This document shows, piece after piece, positions 7,721 to 16,666 of a stretch of DNA of 23,675 nucleotides; position 1 is the first letter of the stretch; every line of letters starts with the position of its first letter. Source of the stretch: an uncultured Chroococcidiopsis sp. Lineage in GTDB: Bacteria > Cyanobacteriota > Cyanobacteriia > Cyanobacteriales > Chroococcidiopsidaceae. The DNA is taken from contig CAXTYC010000046.1 in the NCBI GenBank assembly GCA_964248365.1, positions 9,306 to 32,980 on the forward strand, read 5' to 3'. The notes below the pieces were generated by a model. It made no database searches and had not been told where the DNA came from. It saw nothing but the letters and a program-made list of their open reading frames with translations. The position numbers and the translations under genes were made by a program.

Positions 7721-7842
7721 GTGATAAAACGTTAGTTAATGTAAATATTTACCTACAATTTATCACAAAGGCGAGTATATTTGGTCGAAAGCTGTGTTAA
7801 TATGTTGGTAGATGTAAATTAGTACCAACATTTTGTCACAAA
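7721..7842. promoter_or_regulatory. Twin palindromic operator of the AbiE operon
   Basis: Two 49-nt imperfect palindromes that align to each other without gaps (7721-7769, arms GTGATAAA/TTTATCAC; 7794-7842, arms ATGTTGGTA/TACCAACAT). AbiEi antitoxins are known to autorepress through two promoter inverted repeats. Confidence 0.75.
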
Positions 7843-7873
7843 ACGCTCGGCATTCCTGACGATCTATCTTCGT

Positions 7874-8470
7874 ATGTCAAAGACACAGCAAGTGCTGGAG
7901 CTTGCCCGTGAGGTGGGCGTAATTAGAGCCAAAGATGTAGAGGCACTCGGAATTCATCGTCAGTATCTAAAGCGTCTTGAACAGCTTGGATTGCTCATTC
8001 GTTCTGGACGTGGAATTTATACTTATGTTGACGCTGATATCACGGAGAGACATAGCCTGGTTGAGGCGGCTAAAAGAGTCCCATCAGGAGTTGTTTGTCT
8101 GCTCTCTGCACTTAGCTTTCACGAACTGACGACACAAGCGCCTTTCGAGATTTGGCTGGCGATCGACCAAAAAGCACGTTCTCCCAAGGAAGCTATCCTG
8201 CCTTTGCGAATCGTTTATATGTCCGGTCAAGCACTTTCAACTGGGATTGAGTCGCACTCTATTGAAGGAGTGTCAGTGCGAGTATACTGTCTCGCCAAAA
8301 CGGTTGCAGACTGCTTTAAGTATCGCAACAAAATTGGTCTTGATATTGCTCTTGAAGCGCTGCGGTCTTGTTGGAAGCAACGACGCTGCACGATAGACGA
8401 GCTTTGGCACTATGCCAAGATTTGCCGAGTGCAGAATGTAATCCGCCCTTATCTGGAATTACTTGGATGA
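7874..8470 (+). CDS. abiEi: Type IV toxin-antitoxin AbiEi-family antitoxin
   Basis: N-terminal wHTH ending RSGRGIY; GVVCLLSALSFHELTTQ; KTVADCFKYRNKIGLDIALEAL. Confidence 0.93.
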   Translation: MSKTQQVLELAREVGVIRAKDVEALGIHRQYLKRLEQLGLLIRSGRGIYTYVDADITERHSLVEAAKRVPSGVVCLLSALSFHELTTQAPFEIWLAIDQKARSPKEAILPLRIVYMSGQALSTGIESHSIEGVSVRVYCLAKTVADCFKYRNKIGLDIALEALRSCWKQRRCTIDELWHYAKICRVQNVIRPYLELLG

Positions 8471-9390
8471 ATCAAAAGCCGCAAGGTAACATAGCCAGCT
8501 CCACAAGAGCGCGACTACTTCAGCTCTCAAAGCAGCTTGGGGAAGACTTCAATCTTTTGCTAACACGATATGCTTTGGATCGTCTGCTGTACAGGTTAAG
8601 TCAATCTGAGTACAAAAATCAGTTTATTATCAAGGGAGCTACACTCTTTAGTGTGTGGCAAGGTGAACCACACAGAGCCACAAAAGATTTAGATTTACTT
8701 GGGTATGGAGTGAATGAAATTCCCGAATTGATAGAGCTTTTCAAAGCAGTTTGTCAGCAACAATGTTCGGCAGATGGTATGGAGTTTCAAGCAGAAACTA
8801 TTACCGGAGAAAAAATTAAAGAAGAGGAAGAATACGAGGGAGTAAGACTCAAAATAGCAGGTATGTTAGGAACTGCTAGAATTAACACTCAAATTGACAT
8901 TGGGTTTGGTGATGCAGTCACTCCCGCCCCTGAAGAAGTTGAGTTTCCAACTATTCTAGATTTACCAGCACCGCGTTTACGAATTTATCCTCGTGAGACA
9001 GTAGTTGCTGAAAAGTTCCAAGCAATGGTTTCCCTTGGAATAATGAACAGTCGATTGAAGGACTTTTACGATATTTGGTTTCTTTCTCGGAATTTTGAGT
9101 TTCAAGGAAGGAAGCTAGTTCAAGCTATTAAAGCCACGTTTTCACGGCGACAGACAGCAATACCTTCAACCGTACCGTTTGCTCTAACACCGGAATTTGC
9201 ATCAGATGCGGTTAAACAGCAACAGTGGAAAGGCTTTCTGAATAAGGGGCGACTCAAAATTGAGCCTCAATCATTCAGTGAAGTTGTTGCTGCATTAAAG
9301 GACTTCCTCATGCCACCTACTCTCGCAGCACAACAAGAGCAAGCATTCGAGCAACTTTGGGTTCCATCGAAAGGCTGGCGCTCTTTCTAA
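8467..9390 (+). CDS. abiEii: AbiEii/AbiGii-family nucleotidyltransferase toxin
   Basis: IIKGATL, HRATKDLDLL, QIDIGFGD, AEKFQAM, NSRLKDFYDI. ATG 8467 overlaps the antitoxin stop (ATGA); the ORF track start at 8368 is probably spurious. Confidence 0.93.
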   Translation: MNQKPQGNIASSTRARLLQLSKQLGEDFNLLLTRYALDRLLYRLSQSEYKNQFIIKGATLFSVWQGEPHRATKDLDLLGYGVNEIPELIELFKAVCQQQCSADGMEFQAETITGEKIKEEEEYEGVRLKIAGMLGTARINTQIDIGFGDAVTPAPEEVEFPTILDLPAPRLRIYPRETVVAEKFQAMVSLGIMNSRLKDFYDIWFLSRNFEFQGRKLVQAIKATFSRRQTAIPSTVPFALTPEFASDAVKQQQWKGFLNKGRLKIEPQSFSEVVAALKDFLMPPTLAAQQEQAFEQLWVPSKGWRSF

Positions 9391-9416
9391 CACTACCCTT
9401 GGTAGTACCTGAACGG

Positions 9417-12400
9417 TTAAGGTATATCCAGATGAGGCAGCAAGGTGCTAGCGCGTCCTTGTAAAGAGTCGATTAAGGAGCGGATTTTCTGTTTCACCCA
9501 ACTTGGCACAACTTGCCATAATTGCCGCTTCTGCTGTGGAGTCCAGGTTTTGAAGAGTTCTAACTCTTCTACTGCATCATTAGAAGCGATCGCCCCCAAA
9601 AGCTCCACCCCAGAAGGGATATCTTTAGGTGTCAGCGAGTCTGAAGGAGGCAGCAGGTTTTTTGATTCTGTTGTTGTAACCCCCGATGATTTATTTATAT
9701 AGGGAGGGGTTACAACTAGAGGGGTGACATCCCCAAATTGTGTTGCTGCTGGTGCATAAGCTTCCCGTTTAGCCTGACGCGAGTCTAAAATCGACAGCAA
9801 GAAAGCCCAGGCATCTGGTTCAATCCATACGCAGCGGGATTGATTTCTCCCCTTGCGCCGCGCCACAGTTTTAACACCCATTTGCTCTAGCAGCCGCCGG
9901 AAAATCCAGATGTTAGTAGCGTATAGGGGATTATCAGGAATAGAGAAGCCAAAGAACATCTGCACCTGTCGGCTACTAGCCCTAACCCTTGAACCCAAGG
10001 GTTCTAAATCTGCATCAGTCCATTCCCTTCCAGGCACAAGAAATGGCAGCAGTCCAAGCGTATCTCTAGCAAATCGTCGCAGGGAATAGCAGGGATGGTC
10101 AAAAGGTAGTACCCCCTGTCCCCACCCCAGTTGGCGCTCAAATGCATCAAGGTCGCGTTTGGTTGATAATTCTGCACCTTTTAGCAACACTTCCAATTCT
10201 ACAATCTGCCCCCGACGTTTACCGCCGTCGTCAAAAGCTACTAACTGGGGAGTAACATTTTCTTGACAGTAAAAGTCAGCGATTTGGGTTTTTTCAATCG
10301 CTATTTGGTCTTCTGGGCTAATAAACTCTTGGCGCTCTAGGGTTGCCTGATCTGATTTATTGAGCAATTTAGCCTGAGCGACTTTGGAGTAATACTCTTC
10401 TTTTACCAAGCCTCTAGCAAAAGCCATCGCGTCTTTGACCTGCGAATTAGGGTCTAGATGCACAACTTCAACAGTATTACCTTCGTAGCGGAGCCGTTCT
10501 AGTAGATTAGCCCTCAAATGCCACATCGCGGCGTTGGTTTTGGCAGTTAGCTTAGTCCACAAATCCAGGTGGGGGTTGTTGTCCCAGTCAAATGCTTCGA
10601 TACCAGGAATCATGTCGGGGGTAAGACTAGTGCGGATAACAGAGATTTCTGCCTCCCAGCGGGTTTTGAGAGTTTGTTTTAGCCTATACGGGTATTCACT
10701 TTTACCTACCTTGCTAAAGTTCTTGCCTGTAACAGCACACCAGACGACGCGAGGAATATTAGCTCTTACCCGACTTAGAGCTTGCGCGGCATCAGCATCG
10801 GTGAGTGTGCCGTAGAACAGTCCATACACTTTATCAAAATGCTCTACTTCAATGCTAACTCCAGTTGCCATGCTAGGAGTAGCAATGACAGAATCTGCGT
10901 CTATTACTCGCGAGTTGATGTTGCGAATAAAATCCACTTCAAACTCGCCCCCCGATGTGTCGCTATTGATTAAGACCAAGTTAGTCCTTTGAGAGTTTGA
11001 AGCACTTTGTATTGTCTCAACCAGGTGCTTAAGGGCGATTGAGCCGCGCTTGGCATCGGTGGCGACAAAGACTTTCAATCCTGCCCGAATGTCAGCCAGT
11101 AGTTCCGCGACAATCGCATCATCGCCTGCGGCTTCAATAAAGCGCACCGGATAGCCTGAAGGCTGATAATCATTGCGAATGAGGTAAACCTCTGTTGCCG
11201 CGCCTCGCAGCGCCCGCAAATAGTCTATTCCTATATCCGCTGCATCCGCATCTGCTACAACTACCCAACTGGCTACCCGAATCAGCCAATGCAGCCTTGC
11301 AAGTAATGCGGCGCGTTTACCGTCTTTGTTGCAGGTGGAACTGGTGAGTAAATGGGTAAACACTTGCATAAACTCATCAATCACCAGAACGCAGCCTGCA
11401 AACTTTTCAGGGTTGATGGACAGCAGGCTGTCTACGCACAAACCAAGGCGCATGGTGTAAGCAGAGCCTGTGATGAAATCACCATTCACCCGATCTACAT
11501 CGCCTTTGTAGTCTAATCCCATCCTCGCGCAAAGATTACGCATGAGGGCGATGCGGTGTCCGGCGGCGATCGCTTTGGGAGCATTTTGCACTAGGCGGCT
11601 GATGAATTTGGTTTTACCCGTGCCTTTACCGGAGGCAAGTACAATAATACCGCCGTTGGGCAGATCCTGAATATTCAATTGCTCTAGTCGCATTCCATCC
11701 ATCTGGGGTTGAGCGGCTTGTATTTGCTCAATTGTCAGTTCTGGAGTGGAAAGTTGCAGCCAGGGGGTGTAAGTTAACTCTGCTTGTTTCCTGATCCGCC
11801 ACTGCCAAGAATAGAAGGTTTTGGCTTGCTGGTAAATAGCTTCAAATGCGGCAGCGCCCCTAGCAACCACAAAGTCGTCTACCCCTTTTTCTGGTCCTGG
11901 TAAAGAGATGACATGAATCTCACAGCCTCGAAGCTCTAGCAGTCGCCCTGTCTTCAGGATGGCGAGGTTGACGTTTTTGATGGTTTTGGGTTTGGTGTCG
12001 CGGTCAAAGCAGAAGTAGAAGCGGCGACCTGGGGTGGCGAATAGTTCTAACTCAGGAATTAGGGATTCAGCCCAAACCTTGCCCCATTCATCCCGCATGA
12101 CTCGCCGACCATTAAAAATTCCAGGCAAGGCGATCGCCACGTATCCTAAACTTAACAGACAGCCTGCTTTCTTCGCTCCTTCAACTAGGATGATAGGAAT
12201 TTCAGGATGTGACAGCACCCACTGCCAAAATTCAAAAGAGTCTGTTTTTCGAGTGGTTGTGCGAGCGTTGACGGAGCGATCCAACTGCTCTTGTGAACAA
12301 TCCGCTATTACTCCGTAGCGGATTGCTATTTCTAGCCAAAGGCGGTCGGGAGGATTGAGAAAAAAGGCACGAGTTGGGGTTTTGGGCGGATGCTCGTACT

Positions 12401-12740
12401 TAATCTCCTTGCCACTCTTAAAGTTGTGTCGGCGGCTATCTGGTTTAAAGCACCCCCATAACATGGGCTGCCAGTTGTTGAGTGGGTCGATCCCAGAACA
12501 CCACCACCCGCCCTGTTCCGTATGAGCGTACTGCCGGATTATATGGGAGACTAACCGCCCTGTATTGGTGCGCTCCAGTTTATCCGAGTAGCAGAGGTAC
12601 TCGTAGGGTGTTGCCCCGACTAGGCTTTTGATATGATCCCAGATAATTTCAGGGGCGACACGACTTTGCAACCATTCTTCCCAGTGCCTCTGGTTGATGT
12701 GGAATGGGTGTGGCTTGGGGGGAAGCGAGTCATGGAACAT
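9417..12740 (-). CDS. repA: Plasmid replication protein, CyRepA1 type (DUF3854 Toprim-like domain plus SF2 origin-binding helicase-like domain)
   Basis: IKYEHPP, LVEGAKKAG, FCFDRD.K, KGVDDF (DUF3854/Toprim motifs); Walker A SGKGTGKT; LVIDEFMQV; TPSMATGVSI; QALSRVR. Confidence 0.9.
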   Translation of the reverse strand: MFHDSLPPKPHPFHINQRHWEEWLQSRVAPEIIWDHIKSLVGATPYEYLCYSDKLERTNTGRLVSHIIRQYAHTEQGGWWCSGIDPLNNWQPMLWGCFKPDSRRHNFKSGKEIKYEHPPKTPTRAFFLNPPDRLWLEIAIRYGVIADCSQEQLDRSVNARTTTRKTDSFEFWQWVLSHPEIPIILVEGAKKAGCLLSLGYVAIALPGIFNGRRVMRDEWGKVWAESLIPELELFATPGRRFYFCFDRDTKPKTIKNVNLAILKTGRLLELRGCEIHVISLPGPEKGVDDFVVARGAAAFEAIYQQAKTFYSWQWRIRKQAELTYTPWLQLSTPELTIEQIQAAQPQMDGMRLEQLNIQDLPNGGIIVLASGKGTGKTKFISRLVQNAPKAIAAGHRIALMRNLCARMGLDYKGDVDRVNGDFITGSAYTMRLGLCVDSLLSINPEKFAGCVLVIDEFMQVFTHLLTSSTCNKDGKRAALLARLHWLIRVASWVVVADADAADIGIDYLRALRGAATEVYLIRNDYQPSGYPVRFIEAAGDDAIVAELLADIRAGLKVFVATDAKRGSIALKHLVETIQSASNSQRTNLVLINSDTSGGEFEVDFIRNINSRVIDADSVIATPSMATGVSIEVEHFDKVYGLFYGTLTDADAAQALSRVRANIPRVVWCAVTGKNFSKVGKSEYPYRLKQTLKTRWEAEISVIRTSLTPDMIPGIEAFDWDNNPHLDLWTKLTAKTNAAMWHLRANLLERLRYEGNTVEVVHLDPNSQVKDAMAFARGLVKEEYYSKVAQAKLLNKSDQATLERQEFISPEDQIAIEKTQIADFYCQENVTPQLVAFDDGGKRRGQIVELEVLLKGAELSTKRDLDAFERQLGWGQGVLPFDHPCYSLRRFARDTLGLLPFLVPGREWTDADLEPLGSRVRASSRQVQMFFGFSIPDNPLYATNIWIFRRLLEQMGVKTVARRKGRNQSRCVWIEPDAWAFLLSILDSRQAKREAYAPAATQFGDVTPLVVTPPYINKSSGVTTTESKNLLPPSDSLTPKDIPSGVELLGAIASNDAVEELELFKTWTPQQKRQLWQVVPSWVKQKIRSLIDSLQGRASTLLPHLDIP
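9673..9716. repeat. 11-bp inverted repeat around an AT-rich spacer inside the 3' end of rep
   Basis: GTTGTAACCCC (9673-9683) / GGGGTTACAAC (9706-9716); spacer contains ATTTATTTATATA. Confidence 0.8.
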
Positions 12741-12842
12741 TAAGCTCTCTGCCTCTTGTGTAGAGGAATACAGAGGCAGATTGTCCCAGATTTGTTTGTC
12801 GGCTTTTTTTTAGTGGATTAGTCTTATCAGACTACTTAGAAG

Positions 12843-13048
12843 TGTTAGCAAGGCTGAAACCTTTAATGGGTAAAGGTTTCAAAAATGGCTGGTCGGGGGA
12901 TACTAGAGGTTTGGTCGGGGGATACTAGAGGTTTGGTCGGGGGATACTAGAGACTTTGTTAGCAAGATACAACCATTATCCTATAAGAGTTTGAGGCTAA
13001 ATTTTTAGATTATTTTTTTGCTAACAAGCTGCTAACAGGCTGCTAACA
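12843..13048. other. Iteron-type replication origin candidate
   Basis: Three copies of TGGTCGGGGGATACTAGAG at 22-bp period (12890, 12912, 12934); palindrome 12855-12881; five TGTTAGCA boxes (12843, 12957 forward; 13019, 13030, 13041 reverse); AT-rich tract ~12998-13019. Confidence 0.75.
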
Positions 13049-13088
13049 AAAACTAGCCCTTAGCTAGGACTGGTATTTCCAAACAGAG

Positions 13089-15188
13089 CTAATCCTGAAT
13101 TGGCAGTAGTTCTCTTAGCTTGGCTTCCATATCGGGGGATGGGGTACGTTTACCTTTTTCCCAATATCCGACCAGTACGTCGCTCACGCCCAGCCATCCC
13201 GCTAGCTTCCTCTGACTCCAGCCCTTGGCTTCCCTAGCTTTGCGTATTTGGTTTCCCGTTAGCTTGGTCGTCGCTGCTGGTTGTAGCTTCTGAGTCTTTG
13301 GTTTTGGCTCTACCTTAGCTGTAAGCAGTTCTGGTATGGGTTCTGGAGGGTTAATAGTTAACTTGGCTTGAAGCAATCGATCTATAATCTTGATTTTTCT
13401 CCAGTCTTCCGGCTTTGGAGCATTAATTCCAGGCTGTAGCCACTCTGGATAGGATTCATCAAAATGAATCTGCCATCCTAGTTGCACTAGCAGTTTCAAG
13501 GCATTATCCCAGCGTTGCTTCAGGTCATATGCTTTACGCTTATCACTACGGGCAGCATCAATGACGGTATGGGGCAGCATTGCCTCTAGCAAAGTTGCTA
13601 CCCGATACTTTCCAATAGCGTGAATCCTACTATCCATCGTTAAGTGGATAGCCAGCCTTAACGCCAGTTCATCATGGTACGGGTCAATTCTGAGAATATC
13701 TTGAGCCAAGTAGCCAAATTGGTACAAAGCTTCTTTAAGCCTGCTGCCTGCCTTGTTCAGAAAACTTTGGAAGATTAAACCAGGTTGAACGGTTATGTAG
13801 ACCTCTTCTGGCTTTTCTACCTTCCCTTCCAGGTTTAGCTGTCCTCGTGGAGCAACTACAACACTCCACATTCTACCTGTAGGGGTACTAGCATTGATGC
13901 CACCCTTTTTGTTTCTGCCTTCAACCCAGACAGATTTCACCAGCAAGCAGTCTAGAACAAAAGCAGCTTTAGCGATCTCGTTTAACTTTTCATGGATTGG
14001 TAGATCAGTTCGTTTATCCCAACCCAGATACTTGACTACATCACTAGCCTTGAGGCTGAATTTGCCCTCCCAAGGTACAGACTGATTCATTGTATGAGCT
14101 GCAAAAATTAGATGCAGCTTTACGGTATTGAAGCCAAACTTATCTATGATTTGCTCAGCCTGATTCCAGGGAAGCACTGAAATATCACCAGGGCTAGTGA
14201 TGTAGTGTTCGATGTAATTATTTGAGTTGCCCTTGGCTTGATGTTGAAAACAAGCGAGTCCACTTGCATCTTTATGCCATAGGTCTTTTCTAATTTGAGC
14301 AGTAATTGCGCTGGCGAAAGCAGCGAAACTAGGGACAGCTAAGGTAGCATCCGTTAATCTAGAATCTGTAACTGGTATTGAATCTTTAGTATTATCTTGT
14401 TTAAATCCTAAAATCTTATCCAAATCTGCCAAGGTAAGACTTGGTAAATCTAATCCTTCGATAATAGCTGGGGCAATTCTTTGAGAAAGGTTTTGTAAAA
14501 TTAGAGAAATCTCGTATTTTAAAAAGGCTGTGTCCCCTTTAAGATAGCGGTTAAAAGTTTCATGCCGACTTTCAGGACTCATGTTAGCGCAAGCTTCTGC
14601 ACCTAGGTCTTGCTCCATTCTTTCCCAAGCTGAGACAGCAAGATAGGTTAATACATCTTTAGCACACCCTTCCCAAGTTCCAGACATTTCAAATCCAGGG
14701 GCAAAATCTTTCTCTAAATGCTTAACTACCTTTTCCACCTCTGTTTCATTAAGGCTTAACTTAACTGCTGCTAAGTTACTTTCTTTATCAAAAATGATTG
14801 TAAATGGTGGGAGTTCTGGTTCTAAGAATTCTTGTGTTGTTTTTAGACGGACTTGAATTAGATGCTCGTATAGTTTTATCAAATGAAAAGATAACTGAAC
14901 TGCTACCAAACTCAAAAGCGGTGACTCATTACGTAGCCATAAGGCAGTTTGCTTAACTTGTTCTGGGTCAAGATTGTTTTTAAACAGATTAAATTGATAA
15001 TGAAATTTATCAACTTGCTCAATAATTTGTTGTTCGCTATTTTTTTTAAGCTTTTCTGCTGGAACGAGTACGACTGCTCCCGTATCTTGATTAATGGCAG
15101 AGACATAATCTACACGTTCGTACTGCGGTAGATCTTTCCAAAAACTTGTCGGCTCAAACTCAAAGATGTCATCATTTTTGTCGCTCAT
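13089..15188 (-). CDS. 699-aa plasmid protein with C-terminal XRE HTH; candidate iteron-binding replication initiator
   Basis: C-terminal HTH IRKAREAKGWSQRKLAGWLGVSDVLVGYWEKGKRTPS; central KLHLIFAAH...PWEGKFSLKASDVVKYLG region suggests a winged helix; stop is ~40 bp from the repeat region. The CDS is secure; the initiator role is inferred. Confidence 0.7.
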   Translation of the reverse strand: MSDKNDDIFEFEPTSFWKDLPQYERVDYVSAINQDTGAVVLVPAEKLKKNSEQQIIEQVDKFHYQFNLFKNNLDPEQVKQTALWLRNESPLLSLVAVQLSFHLIKLYEHLIQVRLKTTQEFLEPELPPFTIIFDKESNLAAVKLSLNETEVEKVVKHLEKDFAPGFEMSGTWEGCAKDVLTYLAVSAWERMEQDLGAEACANMSPESRHETFNRYLKGDTAFLKYEISLILQNLSQRIAPAIIEGLDLPSLTLADLDKILGFKQDNTKDSIPVTDSRLTDATLAVPSFAAFASAITAQIRKDLWHKDASGLACFQHQAKGNSNNYIEHYITSPGDISVLPWNQAEQIIDKFGFNTVKLHLIFAAHTMNQSVPWEGKFSLKASDVVKYLGWDKRTDLPIHEKLNEIAKAAFVLDCLLVKSVWVEGRNKKGGINASTPTGRMWSVVVAPRGQLNLEGKVEKPEEVYITVQPGLIFQSFLNKAGSRLKEALYQFGYLAQDILRIDPYHDELALRLAIHLTMDSRIHAIGKYRVATLLEAMLPHTVIDAARSDKRKAYDLKQRWDNALKLLVQLGWQIHFDESYPEWLQPGINAPKPEDWRKIKIIDRLLQAKLTINPPEPIPELLTAKVEPKPKTQKLQPAATTKLTGNQIRKAREAKGWSQRKLAGWLGVSDVLVGYWEKGKRTPSPDMEAKLRELLPIQD

Positions 15189-15307
15189 AACTTTGTATAC
15201 TCCATTGGGTTTCTGGTGGAAACGTTAGGCAAAGCTTGCGCTCCAATTGCTTTTAAACTGGGAATTACTCGCTCTTTTAACCAAATGTGCGCGCTCGTCC
15301 CCACCCA

Positions 15308-15868
15308 TCACTTGCTGGGGACGACCAGGCGATATGGACAAGAAATCGTCCCAGACTTGGACTTAAAATTCTGTTGACACTGAGAAATCGCATCCTGATT
15401 CAGATAGTAAATTTTCCTAGCTCTGTCACTCGTATTGGCAACACTCGTTAGCTCGGTGCGCGTCCGCGCCCAAGTGCCAAAAGAAGCCCCCGCCGCAAAA
15501 GCAAATATACCAGTAAAGATGCAGGCTAGTGCTATATAGCGGGCTAAGCCATTCGGGTTGGAAGCATCAATCACTCCCGACATTGCCCCTTCCACCCGTT
15601 CTCCCAGAGCAATGATGTTCTGTTCGTAATTTTGCAGGAACAATAGCAGAGTATCAATTTGTTGCCCAGAGGGGAATTCGTTCAGCAGTTTCGTCAGTAT
15701 ATATAGATAATATTCGCAGCAGACCAGATACGGATAATATACCGATCCATAGCTTACCCCCGTCAGCCGGGAAAACTCATTTAACCTTTGCTGATTAGAG
15801 GCTGGCAGCTGTTGATACAGTTCCTCAATCGAAGTGTAGTGGAAGCTGGGGCGATTCCCGTTATTCAT
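15308..15868 (-). CDS. Single-TM protein, third gene of the mobilization-accessory operon (TraM/MobE position)
   Basis: TM segment YIALACIFTGIFAFAAGASFG; ATG directly abuts the upstream TAA. Confidence 0.6.
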   Translation of the reverse strand: MNNGNRPSFHYTSIEELYQQLPASNQQRLNEFSRLTGVSYGSVYYPYLVCCEYYLYILTKLLNEFPSGQQIDTLLLFLQNYEQNIIALGERVEGAMSGVIDASNPNGLARYIALACIFTGIFAFAAGASFGTWARTRTELTSVANTSDRARKIYYLNQDAISQCQQNFKSKSGTISCPYRLVVPSK

Positions 15869-16666
15869 TTACTTCCGCCTCCGCAAACGAGTGTTTTGCG
15901 TTTGAGATTCTGCATTCAAGCTGACAGGTAAGCCCAAATATTTAGCCGCCGCTTCTAGTTGCCTGTCCTGCTTCGTCCTCCAAACCTCAATAAAGCCCTT
16001 ATAATTAATGTCCATATCCGACTGGGGGCTGAGCAGATAGCCAAGACTTCGCCTTGCCGTTGCCAGCCTGTCTGCCGCTGCACTCTCCAATGGCTCGGAC
16101 ACAATCTCTATGCCAGAAGCCTCAAGAACGGATGCTCTTTCCCTTGATGCATTGTATTCGGTAAAGTCGTGGTTTTTAGCTGCTAAATTTTTAGCAATCA
16201 CCCAATCCACACTCGTGCCATAAGCCTCCCACAGAGCTAAAAGACTATCCAGCGCTTCTGGATCTCCCGACATGGGAACCAAGAAAGTGATGCGTTTGCC
16301 ATGAGCCGCTAGGGATTTAGCTATTTGACCGTCGTGCTGTAGCTGCGCCCAAAATCGAGATGAAGAATTAGCTGGAGAATCAATCAACACCAGTGGTTCA
16401 GTGTGTTCGGGAGAGAGTAAATCCAACAAGTAGCGCCGTGCGTCGGGTCCTAATAGATCGATGGATTTGACCCAAGGTTCTCCCTCATAGGCATAGGACA
16501 GGGTGTTATGGTCTGTATCCCCATCAATCGCCAGAAGTTGCGAGTCTAAACGAAGAATGCGATCGATCAAGCACAGGGCTAGAGTTGACTTGCCTACCGA
16601 TCCCTTATTCTGAGCTATAGCTACAATCCGGGTGGTTATGGGTAGATCTTGTGCCTCAACGCTCAC
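15869..16666 (-). CDS. ParA/MinD-superfamily ATPase, TraL/MobD-like
   Basis: NKGSVGKST Walker A, AIDGDTDHNTL, VLIDSPA, WVIAKNL; middle gene of a coupled three-gene operon. Confidence 0.75.
   Translation of the reverse strand: MSVEAQDLPITTRIVAIAQNKGSVGKSTLALCLIDRILRLDSQLLAIDGDTDHNTLSYAYEGEPWVKSIDLLGPDARRYLLDLLSPEHTEPLVLIDSPANSSSRFWAQLQHDGQIAKSLAAHGKRITFLVPMSGDPEALDSLLALWEAYGTSVDWVIAKNLAAKNHDFTEYNASRERASVLEASGIEIVSEPLESAAADRLATARRSLGYLLSPQSDMDINYKGFIEVWRTKQDRQLEAAAKYLGLPVSLNAESQTQNTRLRRRK

Noticed and set aside
8368..8466. N-terminal extension of AbiEii
   Set aside because: Overlaps the antitoxin by ~100 bp; the ATGA-coupled start at 8467 is more plausible.
12890..12952. Mini CRISPR array
   Set aside because: Repeats are separated by a constant 3 nt, not unique spacers; the 22-bp period fits iterons.
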